Below are positions 38,309 to 50,454 of a DNA stretch of 64,000 bases, piece after piece. The stretch spans positions 11,375,554-11,439,553 of the forward strand of contig JARDVH010000128.1 in assembly GCA_030324005.1 (NCBI GenBank), in the 5' to 3' direction. The translations under genes and the position numbers were made by a program. Origin of the DNA: Negaprion brevirostris. Taxonomy: Eukaryota. The notes below the pieces were generated by a model. It was not told where the DNA came from and ran no database searches. It saw nothing but the letters and a program-made list of their open reading frames with translations. How positions within the stretch are numbered: position 1 is the stretch's first letter; each line of letters starts with the position of its first letter.

Positions 38309-40879
38309 CTGAAATTTTAATGTGCCATCATAGTACATCATAAAACTTTTTTTTACGGAACTGTTTCTCCCCACCTTGTCCTCTTGCCTCACATTTAATT
38401 TTCTCTGTTTTTGACTGCCAGATTGACAGTGTTGCTTCATATTGCTGAAGAAATCGATCTTGATTTTAGGCACCTAAAGTGTCTGAAAGAGCAGGCACAG
38501 TCAATCGCACATTATTATCAGGTTCAAGCTCTGCAAAAATGGGACTCATCTTTTAACTGCGAAGCTGCGGTTCTGGATTTTAATCAACACTCACTCTACT
38601 CTCCTCCCTCCCATTCCCTCCAAACAAACTCGCCAACTCTTCCTCACAGTGGACCCCCAACCCCATCAGAAACTCTCTCTCCCTCCATGATGCAACCTGG
38701 CCTGCATACACTCTCCCTCTTCGCAAGTCTACAACCCAATCCCCTCACACACTCTCCCCGCCCCCCAACTCCCCATGCACTCTCCCATTCTCACACTCTT
38801 ACTCATTGGGCTTGCCTATGGTCTTTAAGGCAGTCTCCTGCCTCATTCGTCTCCTCATGGCTAAAGCTTCATTTGGGGTGTCATGTCTCACGCACCTGTC
38901 ATTGCTGGCCTGGGCTGAGTTGCAACTCTGCTCGCCTCGCCTGCTCCCCTGCTGAAAAACTTCAGCAGCCGCTCCCACTTCGCCTAGTCATCTGTCTTTG
39001 TTCCTTATGCGGGTGCCTTAAGTTATTCATTTGTACAGTTCGTACCAGTGTGTTCCTGCTCTTTCAGACTTTCTCAAAAGTGAGTCTATCACGATTGCAG
39101 AGTAATCAGGCTATGACTGGATGCCCAATGCATTGGCTGGTGTGGGAGGCCCACTGGACGGGCCCTGTGCCTGGCCATGGTCTGTTTCATTGTGAATCCA
39201 CTTCTGCACCCAATTGTTAATGAAATGCTGCCAAACTCCTATCTGAAAGTCCGCCCATGTATTGGTCACAAATTGTGAAGATCATCCCCAATCAGTTCTA
39301 AGTTTGCCTTGCTTTTGTTTGAATGTATGGTCCTTCATCCTGGTGTCATGTTTGAACTAGAAATATTCCAGTTTTAGCTTTTCTATAATATTTACTGCCT
39401 TGTAAACAAAGATCAAGTACCTTATTCACTCCTCTCAATTTTGAAGAGCCATCTTTCCTCAGTGTCTTCTGAGATACTAAGAATCAGGCTCAGGATTCTT
39501 CTTTCAACCAGTCAGAAGTGGAAAGAGTGTTCAAGAAGTGGTCTGACCAGAACATGGCAATAATGAGACGTTCACTGACTTGTACCCTACAGATTTGACT
39601 ACATTCTTCAATGTTCTATTTGCCTTGATGATTGGCGCACCAAAGGATTGTATATTTTAAAGAAATGATTTGCTAACTGGCCTAGATCTCTTTCAACTTC
39701 ATCCATAGCTGCATCAACTTCAAATAAAATGAATGATTGAAATTCTAATTTTCCAAGAACAATTAAACTATAAAATGACTGACTAAAATATTTGAACTCA
39801 GACTCTGAGTGTCTCAGAGCAATCCTGTTATGAAGTCAAATGGGGAGTAATTGGACTAGAACAGTAAATGGTCTTTCAGCTCATTTAAAATTTTAATAAT
39901 TTGGCCCATTGGTTTCACTAGATGTAATAGTACTAATTGAAGATGAAAGGGAATTATAATGAATTCATAGCTAGTCTCTACTAACTGAAGTGTGCCGTTG
40001 ACTGTTCAAAGCTTATCAGTTACTAGATGTATTGGTTCAGGGCATGGCCTCCCTGTTTCATAAGCCTGCATTGATTTTCATAGATAAATATCAAGTAAGT
40101 AATACTTTTAGAAGTTATGTTGGGAACAATTGATTTTGTTTGCTGTGCTGTGCATGAGCAATACAAAGTTTATTGATTGTATAGGTGTAAAGCAACAGTC
40201 ATCATTGTGCAGTTTTTGATGGTTCAGCAAACATTTACCTCTCAACGTGCTCATCCAGGATTCAGTAAAAACAATACAGTTCAGCATTTTATTCTATTTT
40301 GGTTTGTCCCTGCTGCCTTTCTGTTTGCATCGCTTGCCACCGAGGAAGTGTGAATGTTCAGCAGCAGTAAACAGACAAACTATAAAATGAATTGATGCAG
40401 AAAAAAGTGCTCTGTGTCCTTCTAGCTTGGCGACAGCACCCCACTATTTCTTAATTTCTCTCATTTTCTTTTCTGTTCTCTCAAGTTTAATAATCTGCAC
40501 CCTGGGCTTAGGCCCGTAACTTGCTTCTCATTCAGATTTAGTCTTTTAATTCTCTTATAACATCTTTCATCATGAGACTTGTTGCCTTTGGCCAAAATGC
40601 TACTCACTAATGATAATTAGGAAGCTCAGCTAGATAGCAGAAGCTCCAAAACAGAGGGATTCAATATCTACATTTTAAAAATAATCTCCTCTGTACTGAA
40701 GTTTGTGCCTCATATTGGTGGCATGATTCTATGATCATTGGCAAAAAACATTTAAAATAAATAAATGTATTGGGTGAAGTGTGGATGATAGAAAAAAACT
40801 AAGGTATGTTCTGTGAAGAATCAGAAATATTTCAAAACACTCCACTATCCAAAGAAGAATTTCAGTGTTCAGCTGCTGT

Positions 40880-41130
40880 TGGAACCGAGATGCTGCAGCT
40901 ATTTAACACAAGATCCCACACTAGGGATGAAATAATTGTGCTATTAATCAGTTTCCAGTTACATTGGTTGAGGGAGGAGTGTTGACAAGGATGCCAGGAG
41001 AAATGCCTGCTCTTGTTCAATCTTTAACATCCATTTGATGAAGCGGACGGGATCTTGATTAATGACTCATCTGTTGGCTGGAGCCACTGCAGATCTGCAC
41101 TGAAGTGACAGTCTAATTTATGTGCTAGAG
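40880..41130 (-). mobile_element. Old DeuSINE (SacSINE1-like) fragment
   Basis: Similar to 42870-43280 and 45660-45790. Confidence 0.5.
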
Positions 41131-41463
41131 TTGAAGTTGTCAGTCTAAAGGGACCCAGGAAGTCCAATAGTGGAGGAGAAATTTGTATGATTAGTGACAC
41201 TTCTGTCAAAGGATTCTACTTATCTCTTAACTGGAAAGGTGTAATTCAGAGGTATATATCCTCTCTCTAGAAAATGTTGATTTGATATTTATGGGTAAAT
41301 TTTCCAGAATTTTATCATTGCTCCAGGTTATGCTTATGTTCTGTCATCTTTGATTTGGTAGACAACATATCTGATTTATTTATAGTAATAACAAATGAAA
41401 ATGATGATTAAAACAGAGCAGTTCCATTATAGAACCCCTTTGTAATTATTTTACTCAATTTAA

Positions 41464-41800
41464 GGGAGAGACAGTGGAGTAGTGGTAGTGTCACTGGACA
41501 ACCAATCGAGGCGCCCAGGTTAATGTTCTGGGGAAACAGGTTCGAATCCCAAAGAGGTAGCTGGTGAAATTAGAATTTGAATTCAATTATATAAAGCTAG
41601 TCTCAGTAATGGTGAACATGAAACTATCACTATCATTGATCGTTGCAAAATATCTCGTTCACGAATGTCCATTAGGGATGGAAATCTACAGCCCATATGA
41701 CTCTTAACTGCCCTCTGAAATGGCTTGGAAATTCAATTGCAATTAGGGCTGGGCAACAAATGTTGCAGTGCCAGTAATGCCCACTTCCCATGAAAAAATC
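41464..41800 (+). mobile_element. tRNA-derived SINE (head and tail shared with the ORF1-less CR1-type LINE)
   Basis: A box TGGAGTAGTGG (41475), B box GGTTCGAATCC (41539-41549), tail caattagggctgggcaacaaatg..cccacttcccatgaaaaaa. Confidence 0.8.
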
Positions 41801-41902
41801 ATCCAAGCACTCTGACAAAACATTCCTTAACACTTACTCTTGTATTTTTACCTCTTACTTGTATGCTCAGTGGTGTTTGCAACTTAAAAGGGGTGTCTAT
41901 TT

Positions 41903-42193
41903 AGGGAGGAGGCGATGGCCTAGTGGTATCTGGGGGAGGCGATGGCCTAGTGGTATCTGGGGGAGGCGATGGCCTAGTGGTATCTGGGGGAGGCGATGGC
42001 CTAGTGGTATCNNNNNNNNNNNNNNNNNNNNNNNNNNNNNNNNNNNNNNNNNNNNNNNNNNNNNNNNNNNNNNNNNNNNNNNNNNNNNNNNNNNNNNNNN
42101 NNNNNNNNNNNTCTGGGGGAGGCGATGGCCTAGTGGTATCTGGGGGAGGCAATGGCCTAGTGGTATCTGGGGGAGGCAATGGCCTAGTGGTAT
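41903..42193 (+). repeat. 27-bp tandem repeat (GGGGGAGGCGATGGCCTAGTGGTATCT)n, at least 7 copies, spanning a gap
   Basis: Four units before and three after the 100-N gap; the last unit continues into a SINE. Confidence 0.95.
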
Positions 42194-42521
42194 TATCGCT
42201 AGACTATTAATCCAGAAACTCAGCTAATGTTCAGGAGACCCGGGTTCAAATCCTGCCATGGCATATGAATTCCATAAAAAAAAACCTGGAATTAAAAGTC
42301 TTGTGATGACCATGAAACCACTGTTTTTAAAATCCATCTGGTTCACTGATGTCATTTAGGGAAGGAAATCTGGCATCCTTAATGGGTGTGGCTTACATGT
42401 GACTCCAGAGCTTCAACGATGTGGTTGACGTTGACTCCCAACTGCCCTCTGAACTAGGGATGGACAATAAATGCTGGCCATCCAGTGATACCCATGCCCC
42501 ACAAATAAATAATAAAAAAAA
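42169..42521 (+). mobile_element. tRNA-derived SINE, same family as 41464-41800
   Basis: A box TGGCCTAGTGG, B box GGTTCAAATCC, shared body and A-rich tail. Confidence 0.82.
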
Positions 42522-43890
42522 CACACCCTATAACCCTATCTGTATTTCCTAAAGCCACCTCAAAATGCGTGTGCGCATTTAGTGAGTTGTCAACTATTAC
42601 CCCCACATCTTTTTCAGGATCCATACATGCACATTAAAAAGAAGAGATTTTATACTTGGGTCATTTTTGGATTTAAAAGATTTATGGACTGCACGATGCA
42701 TCTTGTTAGTCTGCTAGTAACAGTAGCAAGACTTATTACTGCATCATAAAAATCTTTCAAAAGAACACACAATATTTATAGTCCACTTAAATTATTAAAT
42801 TTAAACAACTATTAGCATATAGTGCAAAATATCCTTGACAACATGCTTTAGTAGTGAGAACCTATGTATAAAAAAAGACTTGCATTTATATAATGCTTTT
42901 CACAACCTCAGGATGCTCCAAGGCATTGTAGAGCCTATGAATACTTTTGAAGTTCAGATACTGTTGTAATTTAGCAAAAGCGACAGCTAATCTGCACATA
43001 GCAAGGAACAACAAACAGTGATGTGATTATGAAGAGATAATCTGTTTTTGTGATGCCGATTAAGGAATAAACGTTGGCCAGAACCCCGGGGGTAACTCCT
43101 TTGCTTTTCTNNNNNNNNNNNNNNNNNNNNNNNNNNNNNNNNNNNNNNNNNNNNNNNNNNNNNNNNNNNNNNNNNNNNNNNNNNNNNNNNNNNNNNNNNN
43201 NNNNNNNNNNTCTTCAAAATGATGTCATGGGATCTTTTAATTATCTGAAAGCGCAGGCAAGGTTTTGGTTCAATGTCCTAACAACATAAGGAAAGGAGCT
43301 GGAGTAGACCATTCAATCCCTTGAGTCTGTTGCACTATTCAATATGATCCTGGCTGATCTATCGCAATTCAATTTTCCTATCTGTCCCCCTGTCCCTTGA
43401 TTCCTGCAAGAGTTCAAGAATCTGCTCATCTCAGTTTTCAAAAGACTGAACAATGGAACATCAACAACTCTCTGGAGCCAATTCAAAAGATTCACAAGTG
43501 TCCGAGTGAAGACATTTTTCCTCATCTTGTTCCTGAATTATTGATGCCCTTATCCTGAAGCTGTGCCCTTGTGATATCTCAGTGTCTATCCTGTCAAACC
43601 CCTTTAGAATCTTGTATGCTTCAATGAGACCAACTTTTATTTTTTTGAACTCCAGAGAGTAAAGGTCCAATTTACTCAGTCTAATAATACTATAATCCTC
43701 TCATCCCAGGAACCAATCTAGTGAAACTTTGTCATACTGCCTCAGAGGCAAATGTATCTTTCCTTAGACATGGATGCCATCATTGCATACACTACTTCAG
43801 GTGTGGTCTCATTTGAATGTAGCAAGGCTTTTTAATTTTTGTACTTAATCCTCTTGCAATAAAAGCCAACATGCCATTTAGCACCAAAGC

Positions 43891-44232
43891 TGGTGGCACA
43901 GTGACAGTGATTAGCTCTGCTACTTCACAGCGCCAGGGAGAGGGGTTCCATTCTGACCTTGGGTGACTGTGTGGAGCTTGCACGTTCTTCCCATATCTGC
44001 ATGCATTTCCTCTGGGTACTCTGGTTTCTTCCCACAGTCCAAAGATATGCTGTTTAGATGGATTGGCCATGTTAAATTGGCCCTTATTCTCCAAAGATGA
44101 AGTGGATTAGCCATGGTAAATGTGCAGGGTTATGTGGTGGGTGGGCCTGGGTAAAAACATACTCTTTCAGTGAGGTGGTGGAAACTCAATAGGTCAAATG
44201 GCCACTTTCTGCACTGTAGGGACTCTATGGTT
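43891..44232 (+). mobile_element. HE1-like V-SINE
   Basis: tggtggcacagt..cacagcgccaggga head; core gtgtggagcttgcacgttct..tcccacagtccaaagat; CR1-type tail ctgcactgtagggactctatg. Confidence 0.85.
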
Positions 44233-44358
44233 CCACGGAATATAGACCCAATTTGTTCAGCCTTTCACAAGCAATCTCTCATTCCAGGAACCAATCTGGT
44301 AAACTTTCACTCTTTTGCCCGAAAGGCAAGTATATAATTTCTTAAATATGGCGACCAA

Positions 44359-45534
44359 GGCCTGGATTTTCATGTAGTTGAATCATTTCAGGCGGTCTTT
44401 AAAAATAAACGATGGGTGGAATTCAATGCCAAAAATCCCACACCCACTCCCGTTTCTGGCAAATATTGCTGGTCCACACTCAACACAGTCACCCTTGCCT
44501 GCTCCATTGCAAGGGTGGACATTGCAAACACTCCTCACCCTGCCCCAGAATTTTGATGGTGCCAGGCTTGATTTGTTTGCAGATATGGCTTGCATCTCAG
44601 AAGAGTTTTGAACCACAGGGGAAACCCTAGTATCCTGTCAGGAACAAAATTCAGCATTTCAACATTCCCATCGAAAAACGCTGCCCTTCTTCCCATCTCA
44701 TAGAGCTGTCAATCAATAATAGGCAGTACAGATTCTGTTAAGGAAACCTTTAAATCACTCCAAACCAAACCATTGGAAAAACACATGTTTTGCCATCTGT
44801 TCAAACTGCTTTATAGATACAGTTACCAGATGAGCGCACTACGAATTCTTGGTTGCAGTCCTAGAATTGCTAATGGACTCAGCAGCTCTTTAGGCAACGT
44901 TAACACAGTTTGCAAGGGGTGTTTTGTTTGATTGATATTTTTATTAGCTCATAATGGCCTGGCCTGATCTTTGTTTGATGTATTTATTTACACAAGATTA
45001 AGTGCGGTCAAGTGGATTGAAGCTTTTTATCAGCTATATTAATGGTGCCAGTTGATTGACACTTTTAAAGGGTCACAAGGGGTTGCAATGTTTTCAGAGA
45101 TGAGTTTCAAAGTATGTTTGCTTATTCTGTCAGTTCCAGGAGCATTTCAAAGACTTGCCAGGCTTGTTACTGGCTTGTTGATTTTGTATATGGAGGATAC
45201 TGGAAGGGTCACAGTATTAAAGCTGCATGGGGTACTGAAGGGGTATAGGAATATGAGGGGGTATGGAGGAACAAGGAAGGACCATTTGGGGGCATGGTGG
45301 GGTGGCAAGATGTGAAGACTTGAGGGCCAACCAGGTTTGGTTACAACTGGGCCAATCTCCTACTAAACTAACCTATTAATCTCTCCATCCACTATCTCTG
45401 TTGCTGCCTTGAGCGTGTAACCAGAGGAGCAAGCCCATCTCCAGCCTATTTCCACCTTGCCAGCATAAAAACAGGGGCGGCTTCCAAATGGCAGGGTTGG
45501 GGAAAGTCCTGACTCCTTGAAGAAAATCCATGCC
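44359..45534. mobile_element. Non-autonomous PIF/Harbinger-type DNA transposon, 1176 bp
   Basis: 13-bp TIRs GGCCTGGATTTTC / GAAAATCCATGCC; 3-bp TSD CAA; removing it restores contiguous CR1 sequence. Confidence 0.8.
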
Positions 45535-47057
45535 CAAACCTATGCACGTACTCCAGGCATGGGTTCACCATAACCCTATACAACTGTAAGGAGACTTCTT
45601 TATTCTTGTACTCCAATAAAGCCCAATATGCCATTTACCTTCCTAATTGCCTGGACATCCTATCATCCAAAAAACATGTCATAACACGTCAGCATTTCTC
45701 AGTGCTGCGCTGGAGTGCCAGCCTTGATTTTTGTGTCCAAATCACTAAAGTAGTTTCCACAGAGCTCTACCAACTGAGCCATAGCTGAAATTTAAAAGAA
45801 TCTATAAAGTGTACTTCAGCTGACATATGGAGACTAGATGAATATAAATTATGAGAAATCATTTCTTTGCAAAATTTGCATTTTTTTAACCACGTTTAAA
45901 TGAGTATTTTCATGAACAGAAGGATAATATTGCTGAAGATGGAAAAGATCATATTAACACATTACATCCTTTAAATTAATTGCAGACTTCTTTCGAGAAA
46001 GGCTGAATGCAATACTTGTACAACACCTTCAAGGGATTATTTCACTGCCAAGATTTTAAACAATGTCAGATGGCTTCGCAGGAATGGTGCAAATCTCTTG
46101 CTGTGATTCTGAACATTAAATGAGTTAGTGGGCTATCTGCACAGAAAAAGTTAGATGTGGAATTGATCAGTCAATATCTCAGGATCTTGAGGGAACACAC
46201 AATTTGTGTAATGTTAGTTAACTAATCAATTTACCTTCTGACTGGCTTTTAGAGAAATGTCTTTGCTTTCTACTCAATCTTACGCACTTGGCTTAGTTTT
46301 GTTTACTACTTTTATTTTAAGGAAATACAAAATCTCTCATCTTATCACCCTATTTTAAAGATGAGTGCACTGATTAATAAGAGGCCGTTAAAAATAATCA
46401 TGAGTTATATGGTTCACTAATAAGGTTAACATTTATTGACAATCCGCATCCGGAAGATGATGGTGGGCTGCCTTCTTGAATGGCTGCAATCTATGTGGAA
46501 ATTGCTTCTCCAAGTGGCAGGGTGCATTTAATCAGGATGGGAGGATGGGAAGCTTGCTACCTTCCCGCCTTCATCCCAGTTAAGTCTGTGGTGGGAAATC
46601 TCATGGAGGGTCTTCTTGGCCTGCTGATAATTAAGGCCTTTAAGTGGGGATTTAATGCCTGCTTAAGGGCATCATGCCACCACCACTGGTATTAACCATG
46701 GTATGCTGGGGACATGATAAGCAAATGCTGGCATGTTTGCTTGCAAGCTCCGAAGAGTGGTGCCTTGTTTAAAGGCACTAAGTGAGGGATCTGGCATTAG
46801 GAAGCAGTGAAAGCTGCCCTCTTGCTCTTGCTGTCAACCCACCTCCTCTGCACTTCCCACCTTGTGAGCCCTGAACAACTTCTTGTGCCTCTCCTGAATC
46901 CGAGGCCTCAGGTGGGTGCAATGCCTGCACCTTCACTGCCTTCCTGTGGCACTGCTGAATATAGGATAGCAGCAGTTCATGTCTGCTCACCGGTTCTGCT
47001 CTGACTACTTTGGTGTGCCACCTTATCCCTCAAAAGAGGAGGCAGAATGCCAATGGA

Positions 47058-47255
47058 TGTTCATTCATCTATTGTCGTAGAGTCTGACAACGCTACGACA
47101 ATGGATGAATGAACATTGTTCGACAATCACCAGGCAAGACTGTTCCCCCCCTGTTGGCGAACACTTCAGCGGTCGCAGGCATTCGGTCTCTAATCTTCAG
47201 GTAAGTGCTCTCCAAGGCAGCCTTCACGACATACGTCAGCGCAGAGTCGCGAGCA
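47058..47255 (+). mobile_element. Penelope-like GIY-YIG fragment with inverted 5' duplication
   Basis: LRQWMNEHCSTITRQDCSPPVGEHFSG..LQVSALQG; 23-bp inverted arms at 47058-47080 and 47093-47115. Confidence 0.75.
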
Positions 47256-47355
47256 NNNNNNNNNNNNNNNNNNNNNNNNNNNNNNNNNNNNNNNNNNNNN
47301 NNNNNNNNNNNNNNNNNNNNNNNNNNNNNNNNNNNNNNNNNNNNNNNNNNNNNNN

Positions 47356-47630
47356 TTTAAAAGTCAACCACATTGCTATGGTTCTGGAGTCATATGTAGA
47401 CCAGGCCAGATAAGAATGGCAGACTTCCTTCCCTTAAGGACATTACTGAACCAGGTGACTTTTTCCAACAATCTACAATAGTTTCACGGCCATCATCAGA
47501 TTTTTAATTCCAGATTTTTATTGAATTCCAATTTCACCATCTGCCATGGTGGGATTCGAACCCGAGTCCACAAAACATCACCCGGGGCCTCTGGATTACC
47601 AGTCCAGTGACAACATCACTGCCTTCTCCT
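47356..47630 (-). mobile_element. tRNA-derived SINE/LINE head (family of 41464-41800)
   Basis: B box GGTTCGAATCC on the minus strand at 47552-47562; shared body. Confidence 0.75.
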
Positions 47631-48664
47631 AAACTTGGTTTAACATCTGTGATAGCTGGCAGCGCAGACAGTCCTGGGATTCTTCCCGCTCAGCTCCAGG
47701 AGTGCATCCCTGAGGTGACAAAGATAATATGGCCTGCTGCTGCTATCACATCCCTCACCCACGCCTGTACTGCTATTCCTCACCTGGCAACTCCCCTCGC
47801 TGGCAGCCACCCCAACCTGAACTCGAGGTCTGAATCCAGCACCCGACACTGGGATGCCTGTCCGATACCAAATTCAAATGAGGCCAGAGTCTCAAAATCA
47901 AAGGAGCGTTCTTTGTTATTAAAACTCTGCCAGTTGTCCAAAATTCAAAAATGATGTGATAACCCCCCATGAATTCCATGGGCAATCTCTAACTGATCTC
48001 ACTGTGTGGGTCGCTGAACATGAGTTCCCTTGGTGACAGGCAGTGGCCTCACCAGGGAAAACTTGTCACCTGAGCCTTGTATAAGGCAGGCAGTCACCGG
48101 GAACAGTCTGCAGAACTATTGTCCCATTTGGGACTTATGTATGTATGCCATAGGGAAGTGGCTTTACTTTAAGCTTTACAATAAGCATTTTTCCTTTCTA
48201 ATTGGGTTTCCATTGATTGGGATTTTCTGTCCACCCTACTCCCTCCCCATGGAGGGTTTTCCCATGATGGATGTGGCAACACAGTGGCTTTTGCCTGGCT
48301 TGCTCACCCTGTGGCTGCGGAACCTGCCACAGGTGGGGTTGACTTTGGCAAGACCAGAAGATGGTCAAAAAAAGTCCCATAATTTGGACCATTAAGTCTT
48401 GAACATGTGCTGTATCCACTATCAACCTGTTTGTCCTCCTCAACCCTCATCACCACAGCTCTGCATTCCCCCTTCCACAGTCCTGCTCTCACAGCACTGG
48501 CAGCAACCTGCCTCCACCCAACTCTAATAGACTTCCATGCCAGAGTCCCTTAATCCTCTCTGTGAGAGTTGGTCACCTTGAATATACTGCCCAAGAGTGT
48601 GATGGGGGTAGATCCAATCGAGGGCATCAATAGAGAATTGGATTATTTTCTTTCCAAGGAAATC

Positions 48665-48965
48665 CATAGAATTCCTATAGTGCAGAAGGAGGCCATTCAG
48701 CCCATCAAGTCTGCACCAATCCTCTGAAAGACCACTCTACCTAGACCCACTCCCTCATCCTATCCCTGTAACACCTTGCATTGATCATGGCTAAATCAAC
48801 TTAACCTGCACATCTTTGGATTGTGGGAGGAGACCAGACCATCTGGAGGAAACCCATACAGGCACAGAGAAAGTGTGCAAACTCCACACAGACAGTCACC
48901 CAAGACTGGAATCAAACCCCGGTCCCTGGTGCTGTGAGGCAGCAATGCTAACCACGGTGCTGCCT
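48665..48965 (-). mobile_element. HE1-like V-SINE
   Basis: Reverse complement of ggcagcaccgtggttagcattgctgcctcacagcaccagggacc head and V core, with CR1-type tail. Confidence 0.85.
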
Positions 48966-49220
48966 TTCCAAAAAGGCAAAATGTGTGGGGCTGCAGGTAA
49001 GGGGCAGGGAAGTGGTATTTGGTGATCACATAGAGGCCAACATGATCAGGATGGCTGAATGGCCTCATTCTCTGCTGTAACCATTCTAGGCTGCTGTTGA
49101 CAGGTTTGGAAATGATTAATTGAAACTATGTTACTACATATTTATTTGTGCATCTATATATGTAATTACAAGTGTTATTCTTCCAAATTATCCTCAGGTA
49201 TTCTGCACCTAGGAAAAGGG

Positions 49221-49435
49221 GGTGGCATGGTGACAGACTGGCTGGCATTGATCTCTCACAGTCTATTGAACTATAGACCCGAATTCAATTCCCAGTTTGG
49301 GTCACTGTCTGTGTGGTGTTTGCACGTTCTCCCTGTGTCTGCATGGGTTTCCTCCAGGTTCTCCGCTTTCCTTTCAAGGTCCGAAAGATGTGCTGGTTGG
49401 TTGCTTTGGCCATACTAAATTCTCCCTCTGTGTAC
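49221..49435 (+). mobile_element. V-SINE, truncated by a Penelope pLTR fragment (about 49432-49521)
   Basis: V core gggtcactgtctgtgtggtgtttgcacgttctccc; abrupt switch to aaataaactggttggactctaacctggtg. Confidence 0.75.
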
Positions 49436-50454
49436 TATCAAATAAACTGGTTGGACTCTAACCTGGTGTCGTGAGACTTCTTACTGTGTTTACCCCAGTC
49501 CAACGCTGGCATCTCTACATCTCTTGAGCCCCACAGAGGAGATGGTTCTCAGCATCATGGGGCTGACAGTAACATAGTTAGGCCATTTGGCATCGCTGAA
49601 AACATTGAGAATGATATTACATTCCTACCTTGTGCCCCTTCTCAGCTCCCAGCACATCCTCATCCTTCTATTTGACTTGTTTGGGTACTCTGTCAGAGAG
49701 TCAGTGCAGACTCAATGGGCTGAATGGCCTGTTCTGCACTGTAGGGATTCTATGATTCATAGCAAAGCTGCAGATGGTGTGAGTACGGACGTCTTGCTTA
49801 CCACTCCACCCACTTCCTTACTCCAACCTTCCCTTTCTAATTTTCTGCTTTAAGACACCCAAGATCTATCATCTGTCCACCCAGAGCATCCCATTGTGGA
49901 AGAGAGAAAGCAACTCATAGAAAGGCCTTGATCTCACACTCATAGCCACTAACTCAGATGATGGCAAGGGACACATTTTGGGAGGATATACAGAGTTGAA
50001 ATCACTTGTGGTGAGTTATTGAGGCCTGAGTGGTCCCAGCCGTAGCAGGAAAAAGAATGATTATTTTATCAATTCATTGCAGAATGAGATTGCTGCTAAG
50101 GTCTACTGCAAAGCGTTCAGGTGAGGACCTCGATAGAGTGGCATACNNNNNNNNNNGCGCACTCTGGCTGACCTTCCAGGTAGTGTCCTGACAATGTCAT
50201 GTAGTAATGAGGGGTCCAGTTCCAACTTGGCAGAGGGTATGATGCAGAGCTTTCCCATTCTGCTCCATCTCCTGGACGTTCTGCAGACTCAGAGGCACTC
50301 CACAGCTGCTACATGCCTAAGCAGCCCTTGTGTAGACAGACTACTTACACCTTTGCCATCCCTGTGAGTTGCAGCAACACTCCAGCAAATTCAGGCATAC
50401 ACAACAACACCTTCAAAAACAACACACCACAGTGCTTCCAGACAGTTTGCAACA

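Larger units (their letters stand above)
42870..45790 (-). mobile_element. DeuSINE (SacSINE1-like) split into 42870-43280 and 45663-45790 by nested CR1, V-SINE and Harbinger insertions
   Basis: The two halves join at ...caatgtccta|tcatccaaaa...; CR1 (minus) at 43281-43880, 44240-44358 and 45535-45654. Confidence 0.65.

Noticed and set aside
38411-39220. 269-aa plus-strand ORF
   Set aside because: It starts at TTG, has a low-complexity C-rich middle and no recognisable domain; it is probably chance or transposon-derived sequence antisense to an intron.
41464-41560. Functional tRNA gene
   Set aside because: A and B boxes are present but the cloverleaf is degenerate, and the sequence continues into a multi-copy SINE body and tail.
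41903-42193. CRISPR-like array, or the repetitive ORFs (WGRRWPSGI)n and (PPPDTTRPS)n
   Set aside because: Units are head-to-tail with no unique spacers, there are no cas genes and the context is a vertebrate intron; the ORFs are by-products of a stop-free 27-bp repeat.
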